Assembly (NCBI RefSeq): GCF_036321535.1
Contig: NC_087437.1
Span: forward strand, 61,692,001 to 61,756,000
Reading direction: 5' to 3'
Source of the DNA: Camelus dromedarius
Taxonomy: Eukaryota
Length of the DNA stretch: 64,000 nt
Shown here: in pieces, positions 52,301 to 64,000 of the stretch
Layout: every line of letters begins with the position of its first letter
Position numbering within the stretch: the stretch's first letter is position 1
Notes under the pieces: generated by a model
What the model was told of the DNA's origin: nothing
What the model saw: only the letters and a program-made list of their open reading frames with translations
The model's database searches: none
Program-made: the position numbers and the translations under genes

Positions 52301-52881
52301 GCGATGTAGAATTCTTTAGATTCTAGAAGGTGTAAAGGAAGATGATAAGAAGATAAAAATCTCCATGTGATTGAAGGCATTGTTGGTGTGGGAGAAAGGG
52401 AATAGTGAAATGGAGATAAGAAGATTCAGCCACTTGCAGCAACGTGAATGGTTTGCGTATTGCGCTGTTGTATATCTAGTTTCCCTTTCTACCTGCTTGC
52501 CTGTCCCTGTGCCTGTACATATAGTGAAATGCTGAAGTCAGATGAATTTTGCAGGTAAAATAGTGTTAGAATTAGTTTTTCAGTTTGTCCCCTTTTTGGT
52601 ATGTGTTTTACATATTTTACAGATTCACACTGAAGTGTAATTAACTGACTCTGCCCTTTTTTGTGGGAACAGGTGTTGGTTAGCTATGCCATAGGAAAAC
52701 ACAGGTACATGTCTTGAAAGTAGAAGATAGTGAAAGTTAGATGTTATGTTAGAAAATGACATTTGATATTTAGCAAAAATGTTTCTGAACTTTATCAGTT
52801 GTTGATAGAAAAGTATAGGTTAATAAATATAATACTTATTATCTTGGAATATAATAAAAAATTCAATGTCTGTTTTAACAG

Positions 52882-52987
52882 GCCAATAGCAGGATATGCT
52901 AACCTGTGTCCAAATATGATCTCTACCCAGCCTCAGGAGTTTATTGGAATGCTGTCCACAGTGAAACATGAGATTATTCATGCCCTG
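52882..52987 (+). CDS. LMLN: LMLN exon 7 with HEXXH zinc-binding motif (HEIIH, 52967-52981)
   Basis: ORF 52763..53038 contains [35 protein letters not shown]; aacag acceptor, gtaaat donor. Confidence 0.98.
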
Positions 52988-55900
52988 GTAAATTTTGCTG
53001 TTAACTACTATTCTTTCCTTCATGCCTTGATTTTCTGATTATATGCTTATTTTGATGTATATATTAAAATTTAAGATTTTGTGGATTCTCATTGTTAATT
53101 TCCTCACTATACTGTTACATAAAAGAATGTACTTACCTATAAGAGTACATAATAATTCAGATATGATGGGGCATCTGGTTGACATAATACTCTCACTTGT
53201 TTAAAAAAATGTTTTACTCTGCTTGTAATTTTTTATAACTTTGAGATTGTTTCAAATTAAAATTATTTTTAAATGGCTTAAAAAAAAGATTATATGGATT
53301 GTTAGAACATTTTCAGTAAAACCTAGTTAATTAGGCCTCTTCCAATAGATAATTTTTAATGATTAGGATAGCAGCTATCCTATCAGAATAGCAGTTGAAT
53401 TTTATTACCTAAAGTAATTAAACATGTAAATTCATTGGGCAAATAGGAGTTTTGAAAATTTGATTAAGCTTCTTAAGAAAGAAAAAACTTAGTAATTAAA
53501 AAGAATTCACTTTCATCTGAAATAATAACTGGTATGCTAATTATAGATCTTTCTTACCTCTTACAGAGATCTCATTTCTAAAAGTCCTCTTGATCTATTT
53601 AGGCTTTCTAAATTTTTAGTTATTTATACAAACTGATTCAGAACTTCTCCTTGCTTTTCCCCAGTTGGTCTAAAATAATGAACTATTACGATATGTCTGG
53701 GAAATTAAATGAAATTACCTAAGACCTAGGAAATGTTCTCCTGATGTCATTATGTATTTAGATGGGAGTAAAATGCAGTGATTAAGAGACAGAATGGATC
53801 ACACAGATCTAGGTGTGAATCTCCTTACCTCTACCTCTCAAAATCTTTGGGATCTTTTACAAATTATAACCTTTATAAGCCTCTGTTTCATCTATAAAAT
53901 GAAGATAGTGGTACATACTACAATAGTTTTTTTTTCTTGAAGAGTAAATAAAACAAAATGTATAAATAGCTTAGCACCATGCTATATATAGTAAAGTATA
54001 ATAAAATTAGTCGCTATTATTAGTCTTACTTAGTGAGCTGTCGTGTATGACCTTGAAATGCAAGCCTCAGATCAGCAAATACCTTGAATAATTCAGTGAA
54101 ACTCTAGTATAACCAGATAGCACTTATGTCCTTTAGGTAAGGAGATTCTAAAATGAGTCATCTGTTTTTATTTTATTAAAAAAAAGTAAGTTGAACCTGC
54201 TAATTGTGATGAAACACAAGCATCATTCTAAGTAACACTGTAAGCTTTAAAAACTATAATTAATGTTAAGAGAACCAGAAAAAAACAGCAGGTTTTAAGT
54301 CTACTACATAAGTGAACATGAATGCAGAGGTCCCAGACATGAGGTTAATTAGGTTATGAACAGGGAGATCACAAAAGAAAAGGTGCAATTGGCCAAGAAA
54401 TGTATAAGAACATATTCAGTCTGACTTTAGCAGTCAGAGAATCACAAATTAAAGCAAAACACCATTGAATATAAAAGCAGGTATGAGAGTTACTATGCAC
54501 ATTGACTTCAAGGTAGTGTTTACCTCTGGGAAGAGATGGAGGAGAAAGAGTTTAGATAATAGGACTTCATAGATATTTATTCTGCTGTTTTTTTTTTTTA
54601 ATGTCTGAAGAAAATATGGCAAAACTAATATCTTAAATCCTCTTAGGATGCATAAGTTTCTATTAGATTTTAAAACTTTTTTGTATATTTGAATTATTTT
54701 ACAAATTGTTAAAACCTAAGAAACTTTAAATATTAATTCAAGTCTCAAAGACCATCCTGGAAGATGGCAAGAATTAAAAGTTTAACAAATGCAGATATTC
54801 CCTATAAAGTTATATATGCTCATAGCTGTCAAATACAATCATTCATGGTACTTTAAATACTAGATATGTCCTCTGAAATGTGAGTGCTTAGAAAAATTTT
54901 CAAGTTGATAGGGTGGAAAAAATGTGTGTTTAGCATATTATGAAGGATGAGGCACATCATACTATTTTAAGCTTTATACAACCTCAGTGCCTTGTATCTT
55001 AAAAACTCTTTAGATTTTCTTAGATGATGCCATCAAATGGGCTTTGCATCTTCAGAGATTAAAAAAGAAGAAATGTAGGAATAAAAGAATAATCTGGATT
55101 CCATTAATCATTTTGGCAAGCCTTGACTGAGGCCACAGTTAAGTAAGCAAACAAACTTGCCAAAGAAATTGATCATTTAAGTGGTCATTTGTGATTGTTA
55201 GTTATTTGGATATAAACTATAGTATATTCTCAATGTATAAAACATATTTAAATAGTTACAAAAGTGCTTTGTTTTGGTTATCAGTTATAAGAAAGAAAGC
55301 AAGAAAAGAAATAACACTAATGAAATTGGAGATGTCAAATGTCAATAATTTTTTTTTTTTGCCTCATTTTCCCATTTTATTTGGGAGTTGAGGGATAGAG
55401 AATGGGACTTTGAATGCCTTTATGTGAAGTTTCTATTATCTCATTAAAATTGAAGACTTCATAAAATACTATTTATTGTGCTTTTAATCTCTAAAAATAC
55501 TTTTTAAAAATGGGATTATAAACCTATAAATTCACATTGTAAAAAAACTTTTAGAAATACGATGATTTATACATTATCCTACCAACCAAAAGAACCATGG
55601 CTAATCTTTTGATACATGTTTGCAGTCTTTCTTCCAAAGTGTACACCCACCCACACACACATTTCCATTTCCAGTCTTATTTTTTTCCCCCTTAGGTATA
55701 AATGTATATTAAGTATGGACTTTGGGTTCAAAGACTTTGAATTGTTGTGAGTGCTCTTATGAGCTCAGCCCCCTACTCTAAACTATATTGTTAATTGTTC
55801 TAAATAGTACCATTCCCTGGTTGCATTTGTAGAGATTATTAGTAAGTTTATGTAAAAAGGATCAACTGTGATAAACACACCCTTAAACAAATAAATGCAT

Positions 55901-56163
55901 TGTCTATACCACTACCAAAGAATGTCTTTTTTACTATTACTTTTGGTTTCCTCACTTACTTACCTCAAGTAATTGGAATTTAAAATTCATAATAGGGACA
56001 CTTAATTTTTATCCAGTTTCAGTATGTGGCAAATTCCTGTAGAAGTATTGGTGTGGTGTTTTTATGTTATATCAGTGTTCTCTTTTGATAGTGGCATGTT
56101 ATATTGTCTATAATCAAATCTAATATTTTTCACTGTAAGACATTTTGAACTTTTTTCTTACAG

Positions 56164-56258
56164 GGTTTCTCTGCTGGGCTATTTGCGTTCTACCATGATA
56201 AAGATGGAAATCCTCTAACGTCAAGATTTGCAGATGGTCTTCCACCTTTTAATTATAG
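56164..56258 (+). CDS. LMLN: LMLN exon 8 ([32 protein letters not shown])
   Basis: ttacag acceptor, gtattt donor; 95 nt. Confidence 0.96.
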
Positions 56259-59200
56259 GTATTTGTTACTTTTGTTCTTGTTCTTCTCATAGCAGGGTGC
56301 TAAGACTAGAATCTAAGAATCATAGCATGTTCAGTGCCATACGTAACAGTGGTTTAACGACTAGCCTGGGAAAATTGTATATCCTACATGACAGGATGTA
56401 AGAGGTCATTTAGCTTCACCTTTTCATTTTACAGATGAAGTAATTGAGATGGAGAAAGCTTAAGTGACTCGTCCAAAGAGCCAGGACTCTTCTTGCCAGG
56501 CAGGGCTCTTTTCCACCACTCTGTAACTTGTATTACTTCATAGGATAGTCAGGCCATGGGAAAATGTGGGTTGGTTTTATTTTGGTTTATTAATAATTAT
56601 TGCCTGTATAATTTACATGTTAACTGATAAACATTTACATGTTAACTGATATTTAGCACAGCATATTATCAGTGATCTAGAAGCTAAGGACCTAAAAGAA
56701 ATAATACTGAGAAATGCTAAAAAGAAGAAATTATCAAGAATTTTATATAGAATATCCGTCACAGAACTATAACCATTTGCATGCATTTATGTAAAAAATA
56801 AATCTCTAAATTAAGAGCACACGCCTACAAGAAGACATGTACACAAATGTTCATGACACTTTTGTTATTGACCAAAAAATGGAAACCACCAAAATGTCCA
56901 TCAATAGAAGAATGGGTAAATAAACTGTGATATGTGCCTATAATTGAAAACTACAAGGCCCTAAAAAAGAACACAATGCTACATGTAGTAGCATTTATGA
57001 ATATCACAGTTATATAATATTGAGCAAAATACATCAGTTAGTCCAGTTGTATGGAGTTTAAAAATAGTCAACGATAAAAGATTAGTAGTTTTACCTGAAG
57101 TGGCAGGCTATCAAATGCCGAACAAGTTGAATAGATTGAGAAGTGGCATAAGGAAGCCTGGGAGTGCTGACGCTGTTCCATATCTTTACCAGGTAGTGGC
57201 ATATGGATGCAGAATAAAAAATTAATTAATTCTTATATGTAGAATTTGTTCATTTTATGTATATTTTACTTTAAATACAAAGATATCTATTTAGGTAGCT
57301 AGAATTAAATAAGTATTAAAACATAATGTAAAAACATAAAAAGATAATGCTGTATTCACCATAATATTTTTTAGAGTACATGTGAAGAAACAAAATTCTA
57401 ATGTAGAAATAGATGTTTTACTTCCTAGATTGTTTGTGTTCATTTGGTGGTATGGGAGAAGTCTGGTCTATCCTAAGAATTGTGGTCTTTATGGGAAACA
57501 CATCATCTACGTAGTGATGTGGGTAAGGAGGAGATACTTACACACCAGGACCATTGTTAAGCTCGTAATTTGCAGTGCATTCTTACATTCAGGGTATTCC
57601 TCAAAAGCAGGAAATCTTACAGTATAAATGGAGATAATGGAGTAATAAACTTCAGGTGTTATAAAGAGTTGAATTTGGCCCTAACCTATTTATTTGGAGA
57701 AACCTTTAATCTTGAAATGTAAATGAAATGAAATCCTCAATGAAGAGGATACTGGAGTTATTAATAAGGTAAAAAACTGTTTATTTTCTTGCTGGCTTTT
57801 TTCACTATTTATGTTTAAACATTGCCTTGCCACAGAAAAAGAAAAGGAATTAAGAATAATGTCTTTAAGGTATGAGTGGATGAACAGATGTATGATACAA
57901 CAAATATAACAAAATGTTAATTGTAGAGTCTAAGTAATGGTTGTTGGGTAGGCAGATATTCACCATACAGTCCTTGAATTGTTTAAAATAATGGTGAGAA
58001 AAAAAATAGCCTCTTCATATTCTGTTTTGTTAAGAATGAGAGATTCATAGGGTCAGTGGTAGAAGTAGTCTAGGAAAAAGATACCGGTTATAGGAAGAAA
58101 TTTAAATGATGTTCATTATAATTTTCTGTAACAAAAAATATGGCACTTTTGCAGTAGTGCTTTTATTTGTGTAAGATAGATTCCCCCAAAAGAGATTGTT
58201 GGTTTTCTCCCATTTAGTTTTTTATTTCATTTATCATGTTTTTGCCATACAGAAAAGTTTTTAAATTTTATATTATTAAATTCATATACTTTTCCATTAT
58301 GGGTTAAGAAAGTTTGTTCTGCTCTCCAAAGATTATAGAAATATTCTTTTAAATTTTTTCTAGTAAATTACTATTTGAATTTTTTATATTCATAGCTTTA
58401 ATCCACTTAGGATTTATTTTTGCTTCATGTATTTTGGGGTTCTTTTATCAAGTACATACATGTTCGTAACTGTTATGTCTTCTTGGTGGATTGACCCTTT
58501 CATCATTATAAAATGTCCCTCCTGTCTCTAGTAAAAATTTTTGTCTTAAAATGCATTTTGTCTGATATTAGTGTAACTGTTCCAGCTCTCTTAGTACTCT
58601 GCATGGTGTATCTTTTTAACATCCGTTCAGCCTATTTGTATCCTTGAGTCTGAAGTATGTCTCTTGTAGCCATATAGTCGGATTTTTTTTTTTTTTAGTA
58701 CATTCTGCCAGTCAACCCTGTTCTGCTCCCTTTGGCTGCCAGGCTGCTGATTTTCAACATGGTTGTGGGCTGTTGATTTTCAGGGCTGCACAGAGCTGGA
58801 GAGAGGACATGGGAAAACTCCACAAAGCTTCCTGGTCTTACTGAGATTTATGTATCTTTCTTAAATAAGTGTTTCCTAGATTGCTGCAAGTCTTTGGTTA
58901 ATTTCCAGAGTTCTAAAAAAAAGTTGATTTGGCCAATTTTGCTACTTTTCTCATTGCTTTCATGAAGTAGAAAATTTTCAGAGGTCCTTATTTTGTCACT
59001 TTTGCTGATATTTGTCTGAAATTTATTTCTGTATGTGAGCTGAAACTTTTTTTTCCTAAATGGATAAACTGATTTTATAGCACAGTTATTAAGTAAATTA
59101 TAGTTTCCCACTAAATTAAAAATTCCATTTTTTTTGTTTATTACAGTTTCTTATATTCAGTGCTTGGGTATGTCCCTGGGCATGCTTTTATTTTATCGAG

Positions 59201-59486
59201 TAAATTTGTTAAGAGGAAGTAATTCATTGTCATCTTAGCCAAATATTAGCTATTTGAACTTGAGTAAGTTACTTCATCTCTCTAAGCTTCTGTCTCTTTA
59301 TCTGCAAAATAGTGATGATAATAAAGTTGTTGAAAAGATTAAATTAGAAAATACTATCAAGAACTTTGCATGCTCTTATGTTCAGTAAACTCAGATAGTT
59401 AAATTTCATATTGATACTCATAAACACACTTACATTTAAAGTAGAGGTGAATGTGTAAAAACTGACATTTTATTCTTTAATTGCAG

Positions 59487-59604
59487 TCTTGGATTATATC
59501 AGTGGAGTGATAAAGTAGTTCGAAAAGTAGAGAGATCATGGGATGTTCGAGATAATAAGAGAGTTCCTCACACTGTGTATCTTCTAGTAACACCTCGTGT
59601 TGTC
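59487..59604 (+). CDS. LMLN: LMLN exon 9 ([16 protein letters not shown]...LLVTPRVV)
   Basis: ttgcag acceptor, gtgagt donor; 118 nt. Confidence 0.96.
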
Positions 59605-59905
59605 GTGAGTATTACAGAGCTTCCTGTCTCAGGAGCCGTCTGTTCTTTTCATTCATTATGGTCTACTAATCATTATTGTTTAAGAACTAATGATTACATT
59701 TGAAAGCTTATAGTAGGAAAGATAATATTAAGGCAGTACAGTAAAGCTACAGGCCATGAAAAATTTGAGGAAATAGAAATTTGGCAGTGACTCTTATAGC
59801 TCCATTCTACCAACTACTTTAGGTTGTGACACTAGTGGTGTGTTGTGATACCTCTTAGGATCACCGGTACTATTTGCATAATTGCTGGTCATTTCAGCTG
59901 AAATC

Positions 59906-60311
59906 TGTTTTAGTCAGAGTTCTCCAGAGAAACAGAACCAACAGGATGTGTTGAGAGAGATTTATTTTAAGGTTGGTTCACGTAGTTGGGGAGGTTTGGA
60001 GAGTCCAGAATCTGGTGAGGTAGGCTAGCAAGCTGAAGACTCAGGGAAGAGTTGCAGTTTAAGTCTGAAGGCAGTCAGCTAGTAGGACTCCTTCTTGCTC
60101 AGGGGTGAGTCTGTCTTTGATCTGTAAAGGTCTTCAACTGATTAGATGAAGCCCATTTATATTATAGAAAGTGATCTGCTTTACTTAAAGTCCATTAATG
60201 TAAATGTTAATTTCACCCAAAAAGACCTTCACAGAAACATTCATAATAATGTTTGACCAAATATCTGGGCACTGTGGCCCAGCCAAGTTGACACATAAAA
60301 TTAATCATCAT
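59906..60311 (-). mobile_element. MLT2-like ERVL LTR
   Basis: ttagtcagagttctccagagaaacagaaccaacagga...gccaagttgacacataaaattaa. Confidence 0.78.
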
Positions 60312-60659
60312 ACCCTCTTATTTAATGACAGAAACCTATTCTCCCTTCTCTATTCCTTGGTTACACACAGCTCTCTCTGACTTCTAAACTTTTGCACTGC
60401 TCTTGGGATATTTCCTATTCTTGGAAATCTCTAACTGAAGGACAGACAGAACCAAATGAGCAAAAGTGTTTTCTTTTAAACAACTTATTTTCCCCACAAA
60501 GCCTATATCCATAATAAGAGCGGTCACACCTACATTAAAAGCATTGTTGACACAAAAGTTACAAATGTAATCATACTACCCTATTACTTTTTTGAAATAT
60601 ATATGACTTAAAGTCAAAATCTTCACCAGACGAAAAAATATTGAAAGAAATAGTAATTT

Positions 60660-62858
60660 GGTAGGTCTTTTTTCCTCTTTGTTTTTATTGTCTTGTGGTT
60701 TGATGACTATGGAGTTACATTGGTTTGCAGTTACTATGAGGTTTTGGTTTAGAAGTCTGTATATACATAATTAAGTTGCTGATCTCTTAATTTCAAATGC
60801 ATTTTCGATACCCTGCATTGTACCCTTCTCCCTTCATGACTACTTTTCTTGTTTCTAGTTGTGGCCTTTTCTTTTTTTACCTAGAGAAGTTCCTTTAACA
60901 TTTCTTGTAAAGCTGGTTTGGTGGTGCTGAATTCTTTTAGCTTTTGTTTATCTGTGAAGCTTTTGATTTCTCTGTCAAATCTGAATGAGAGCCTTGCTGG
61001 GTAGAGTATTCTTGGTTGTAAGTTTTTTCCTTTCATCACTTTAAATATATCATGCTATTCCCTTCTGGCCTGTAGAGTTTCTCCTGAAAAATCAGCTGAT
61101 AACCTTACGGGAGTTCCTTTTTGTGTTAATTTGTTGCTTTTCTCTTGCTGGTTTTGATATTTTGTCCTTATCTTTAATTTTTGTCAATTTGATTACCATG
61201 CCTTGGTGTGTTCCTGTTTGGGGTTAATCCTGTATGGAATCTGTACTTCCTGGACTTGGGTGACTGTTTCCTTCCCCACGTTAGGGATGTTTTCAGTTAT
61301 TATCTCTTCAAATGTTTTCTCAGGTCATTTCTTTCTCTTCTCTTTCTGGGACCCCTATAATGTGAATATTAGAGCGCTTCATGTTGTCCCAGAATTCTCT
61401 TAAACTACCCTCATTTCTTTTCATTCTTTTTTCTTTTTTCTGTTCTGAAGTAGTGATTTCCACTAATCTGTCTTGTAGCTCACTGATTCATTCTTCTGCC
61501 TCATTTAGTCTATTCCTGATTCCTTCTATTGTGTTATTTCAGTAATTGTACTCTTCAACTCTGAGTATTCTTTATATTTTCTAACTCTTTGCTAAAAGCT
61601 TCGCTCTGTGCATCCATTCTCCTCCCGAGTTCTCTGAACCTCTTCACAATTGTAACTCAAAGCTCTTTCTTGGATAGATTTCCTATCTCCTCATTGCTTA
61701 TTTCTTCTTCTGGATTTTATCTTGTGCCTTTGCCTGGAATATAGTCTCCTGCCACCTCATATTGTGTAAATTTCTGTTGGTATTTTTATGTAGGTTAGTT
61801 ACATTTCTTGACCTTGGAGAGGTGGTCCTCTGTGGGAGACGTCCTATGTATCCCAGCAGTACACTCGTCTCGTCACCCAAGGGCCAGCATCCAGCTCTTC
61901 CCAGGGTAGTCTGGCTTGTGTTTGCAGATTCCTTCCACAAACTTTGAGATTATTGTTTTCTTATTTCTGGTATCTGCCCCCTGGTTGATGAGGCTGGACA
62001 GGAGGCTTGTGCAGGTTTCCTGGCAGTAGGAGTTGGTGCCTGCCTACTGTTGGGTAAAGCTTGGTCCTGGACCTCTGGTGGGTAGGGCTGTGTCTAGAGA
62101 TTTTTGTAGCTCAGGGGGTCTGCTGATGATTGGGGCTGCATTCCCACCCAGTATGTTATTTGCCTGAGGCTTCCCAGCACTTAAGCCTACAGGCTGTTGG
62201 GTGGGGCTAGGTCTTGGTGCTAATGACACAAGCAAGGTGTCAGCCTCCAAGAAAGCTCATGTAGATGAACACTCCTGCAGTGTCTGCCACCAGCTTTTAT
62301 GTCTCCAGGATGACCCACAGCTGTCCTCTACCTCCCCAGGAGACCTTCAAAATCAGCAGGCAGGTCTGACCCAAGTTCCTATGAAATCACTTGCCTCTGC
62401 CCTTGGACCTGGCACATGTGAGATTTTGTGTGCACTTTCCAAGAGAGTGAAGTCTCTGTTTTCCCCTAGTCTAGTGGGGCTCCTGGAGTTAAGCCCTGCT
62501 AGCCTTCAAAACCATATGTTCTGGGGTCTCCTCCTCCCAATGCCAGAACCTTGGGTTGGGGAACCTGATGTGGGGCTTAGAATTCTCACTCCTACTAGAG
62601 GGCCTCTGCAACTTAATTATTTTTCAGCTTGTGGGTTGCCCACCCCAGAGGTATGGGTCCCAATAATATCACAAGCACACTCCTCATACCATCCTGCTGA
62701 GGTTCCCTGTTTATGTTTCCAGTTGACGAAGATCTTTTTTGCTAGGTTCCAGTCTTATTTTTTGTTGATTGTTTAGCAGTCAGTCGTGGTTTTGTTGTAG
62801 TCATTATTGGGGGTAAGCTTGTGGTCCTACTGCTCCGCCATCTTGATCAGAAATCCTT
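60660..62858 (-). mobile_element. L1 5'UTR + ORF1 + partial inter-ORF region, lacking ORF2 and tail
   Basis: Minus-strand start with CAAGATGGCGG (YY1-type L1 5' end, ~62835-62845); ORF1-like remnants; TSD AAATAGTAATTT (60648, 62862). Confidence 0.8.
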
Positions 62859-63045
62859 GAAAAATAGTAATTTAATAGCAATAGTACTTTAATAGTAATG
62901 TAGTATCAAAATATTTTAATTATATGAAAAATTATATTAAATGTATTTTATTATACTTTATTATATCCAGTGTGATAAATAGTTTGCCATTATTTTATTG
63001 TACTTTTGTAGGGTTTATTTATTTATTTATTTTCCTGATTCTTAG

Positions 63046-63153
63046 GATGAAGCACGAAAACATTTTAACTGTCCAATTTTGGAGGGAATGGAACTTGAAA
63101 ACCAAGGTGGTATGGGCACTGAGCTCAACCATTGGGAAAAACGGTTATTAGAG
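63046..63153 (+). CDS. LMLN: LMLN exon 10 ([36 protein letters not shown]); gene continues beyond the window
   Basis: cttag acceptor, gttagt donor; 108 nt; contains the HWE motif typical of M8 peptidases. Confidence 0.96.
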
Positions 63154-64000
63154 GTTAGTTTATTTTAAAATTTTACTCTGCATTTTTTCTTTAATAAAAG
63201 TAATTCTTACTCAAATGTATGATAGGTTATCAAGTGAAAAATTAAAAAGTTCATTTTCCCCTTTAGCTCTCCAGATGCACTTTCCAGATGTAATCACTAT
63301 TTAATTTTTTTAATATCCTTTTGGAAATGTTAGGTAAATAGATAGACAGACTGACAGACACACTAACACATGGTTTTTTTTTTTTAATAGGTTCATACAT
63401 TTATGCAACTTTTTTCACTCATATATCTTAGACGTATTTCCAAGGCAGTTTAGGTGCTTCTGCTGTAATACAATGTATGCTGTCCTAAAAAACCCCTTTT
63501 TTCCAAATCGAACACTAAAGATAACAAGGCTTGTGGAAAACACAAATACCAGATTATTAACAAAGGCACTAAATCATAATAAAAGTAGTAGCTTATTTTT
63601 AAAATATACATGTTTTCAATAAATAAACTCCTAGATTTAGTGTTTCTTTAACAGCAAAAAGCAATGGTAGATAGATAAATCATCAATTATATATAGTTTT
63701 TAGAGCTTAAAGCTTAAAGAATTATAAATCTGAATAATGAGGACAAGAGTAAAATGTACAAAGGTTAGAGAATCATGCAACAAACACTTCTAAGACAGCC
63801 TCTGGCCATGCTGAGTCAATTGGAAGAACACAGTGACTGGGCACAATGCCCAGCACAGCCTTCCTCTGTTGCTGCTTTTGGCTGTCTTAGTGTACGTTGT
63901 ATTTAGCTACTATTACTCCACTGCACAAAACATTAAAATCCAGGGAGAAATCATTATGAACCAACATGACTCCATATTACACTGATGCTATTCCTTTACC

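Noticed and set aside
62201..62776. Longest ORF in the track (191 aa, + strand)
   Set aside because: Starts at GTG, lies antisense within the L1 5'UTR and has no recognisable domain; most likely a chance ORF in GC-richer repeat DNA.

Overview
Mammalian genomic DNA, probably camelid (inferred from five tRNA-derived SINEs resembling the camelid Vic-1 family). It carries the conserved IQCG(-) / RPL35A(+) / LMLN(+) cluster. Seven IQCG (DRC9) coding exons lie on the minus strand, and the 3' exons fall outside the window. RPL35A is complete (5 exons, 110 aa), and LMLN (invadolysin) exons 1-10 include the HEIIH zinc motif. All exons were traced by hand with GT-AG boundaries and consistent phase. The introns are rich in L1, LTR/ERVL, DNA-transposon and SINE relics, plus an RPL27A processed pseudogene. 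The most notable signals are: (1) a TSD-bounded composite retroelement at 43737-45565 (spliced L1 ORF1 piece plus several stacked polyadenylated 3' ends), whose tail has a second independent TSD-flanked copy in RPL35A intron 1, suggesting a HAL1-like chimeric family; (2) a tailless retroposed 5' half of tRNA-Ile(AAT) with a perfect 17-bp TSD; (3) a 44-nt unidentified polyadenylated RNA retrocopy; (4) a tailless 5'UTR+ORF1-only L1; (5) RPL35A probably nested antisense inside IQCG. Gene and repeat family names and human/mouse comparisons come from memory, not from a database search.
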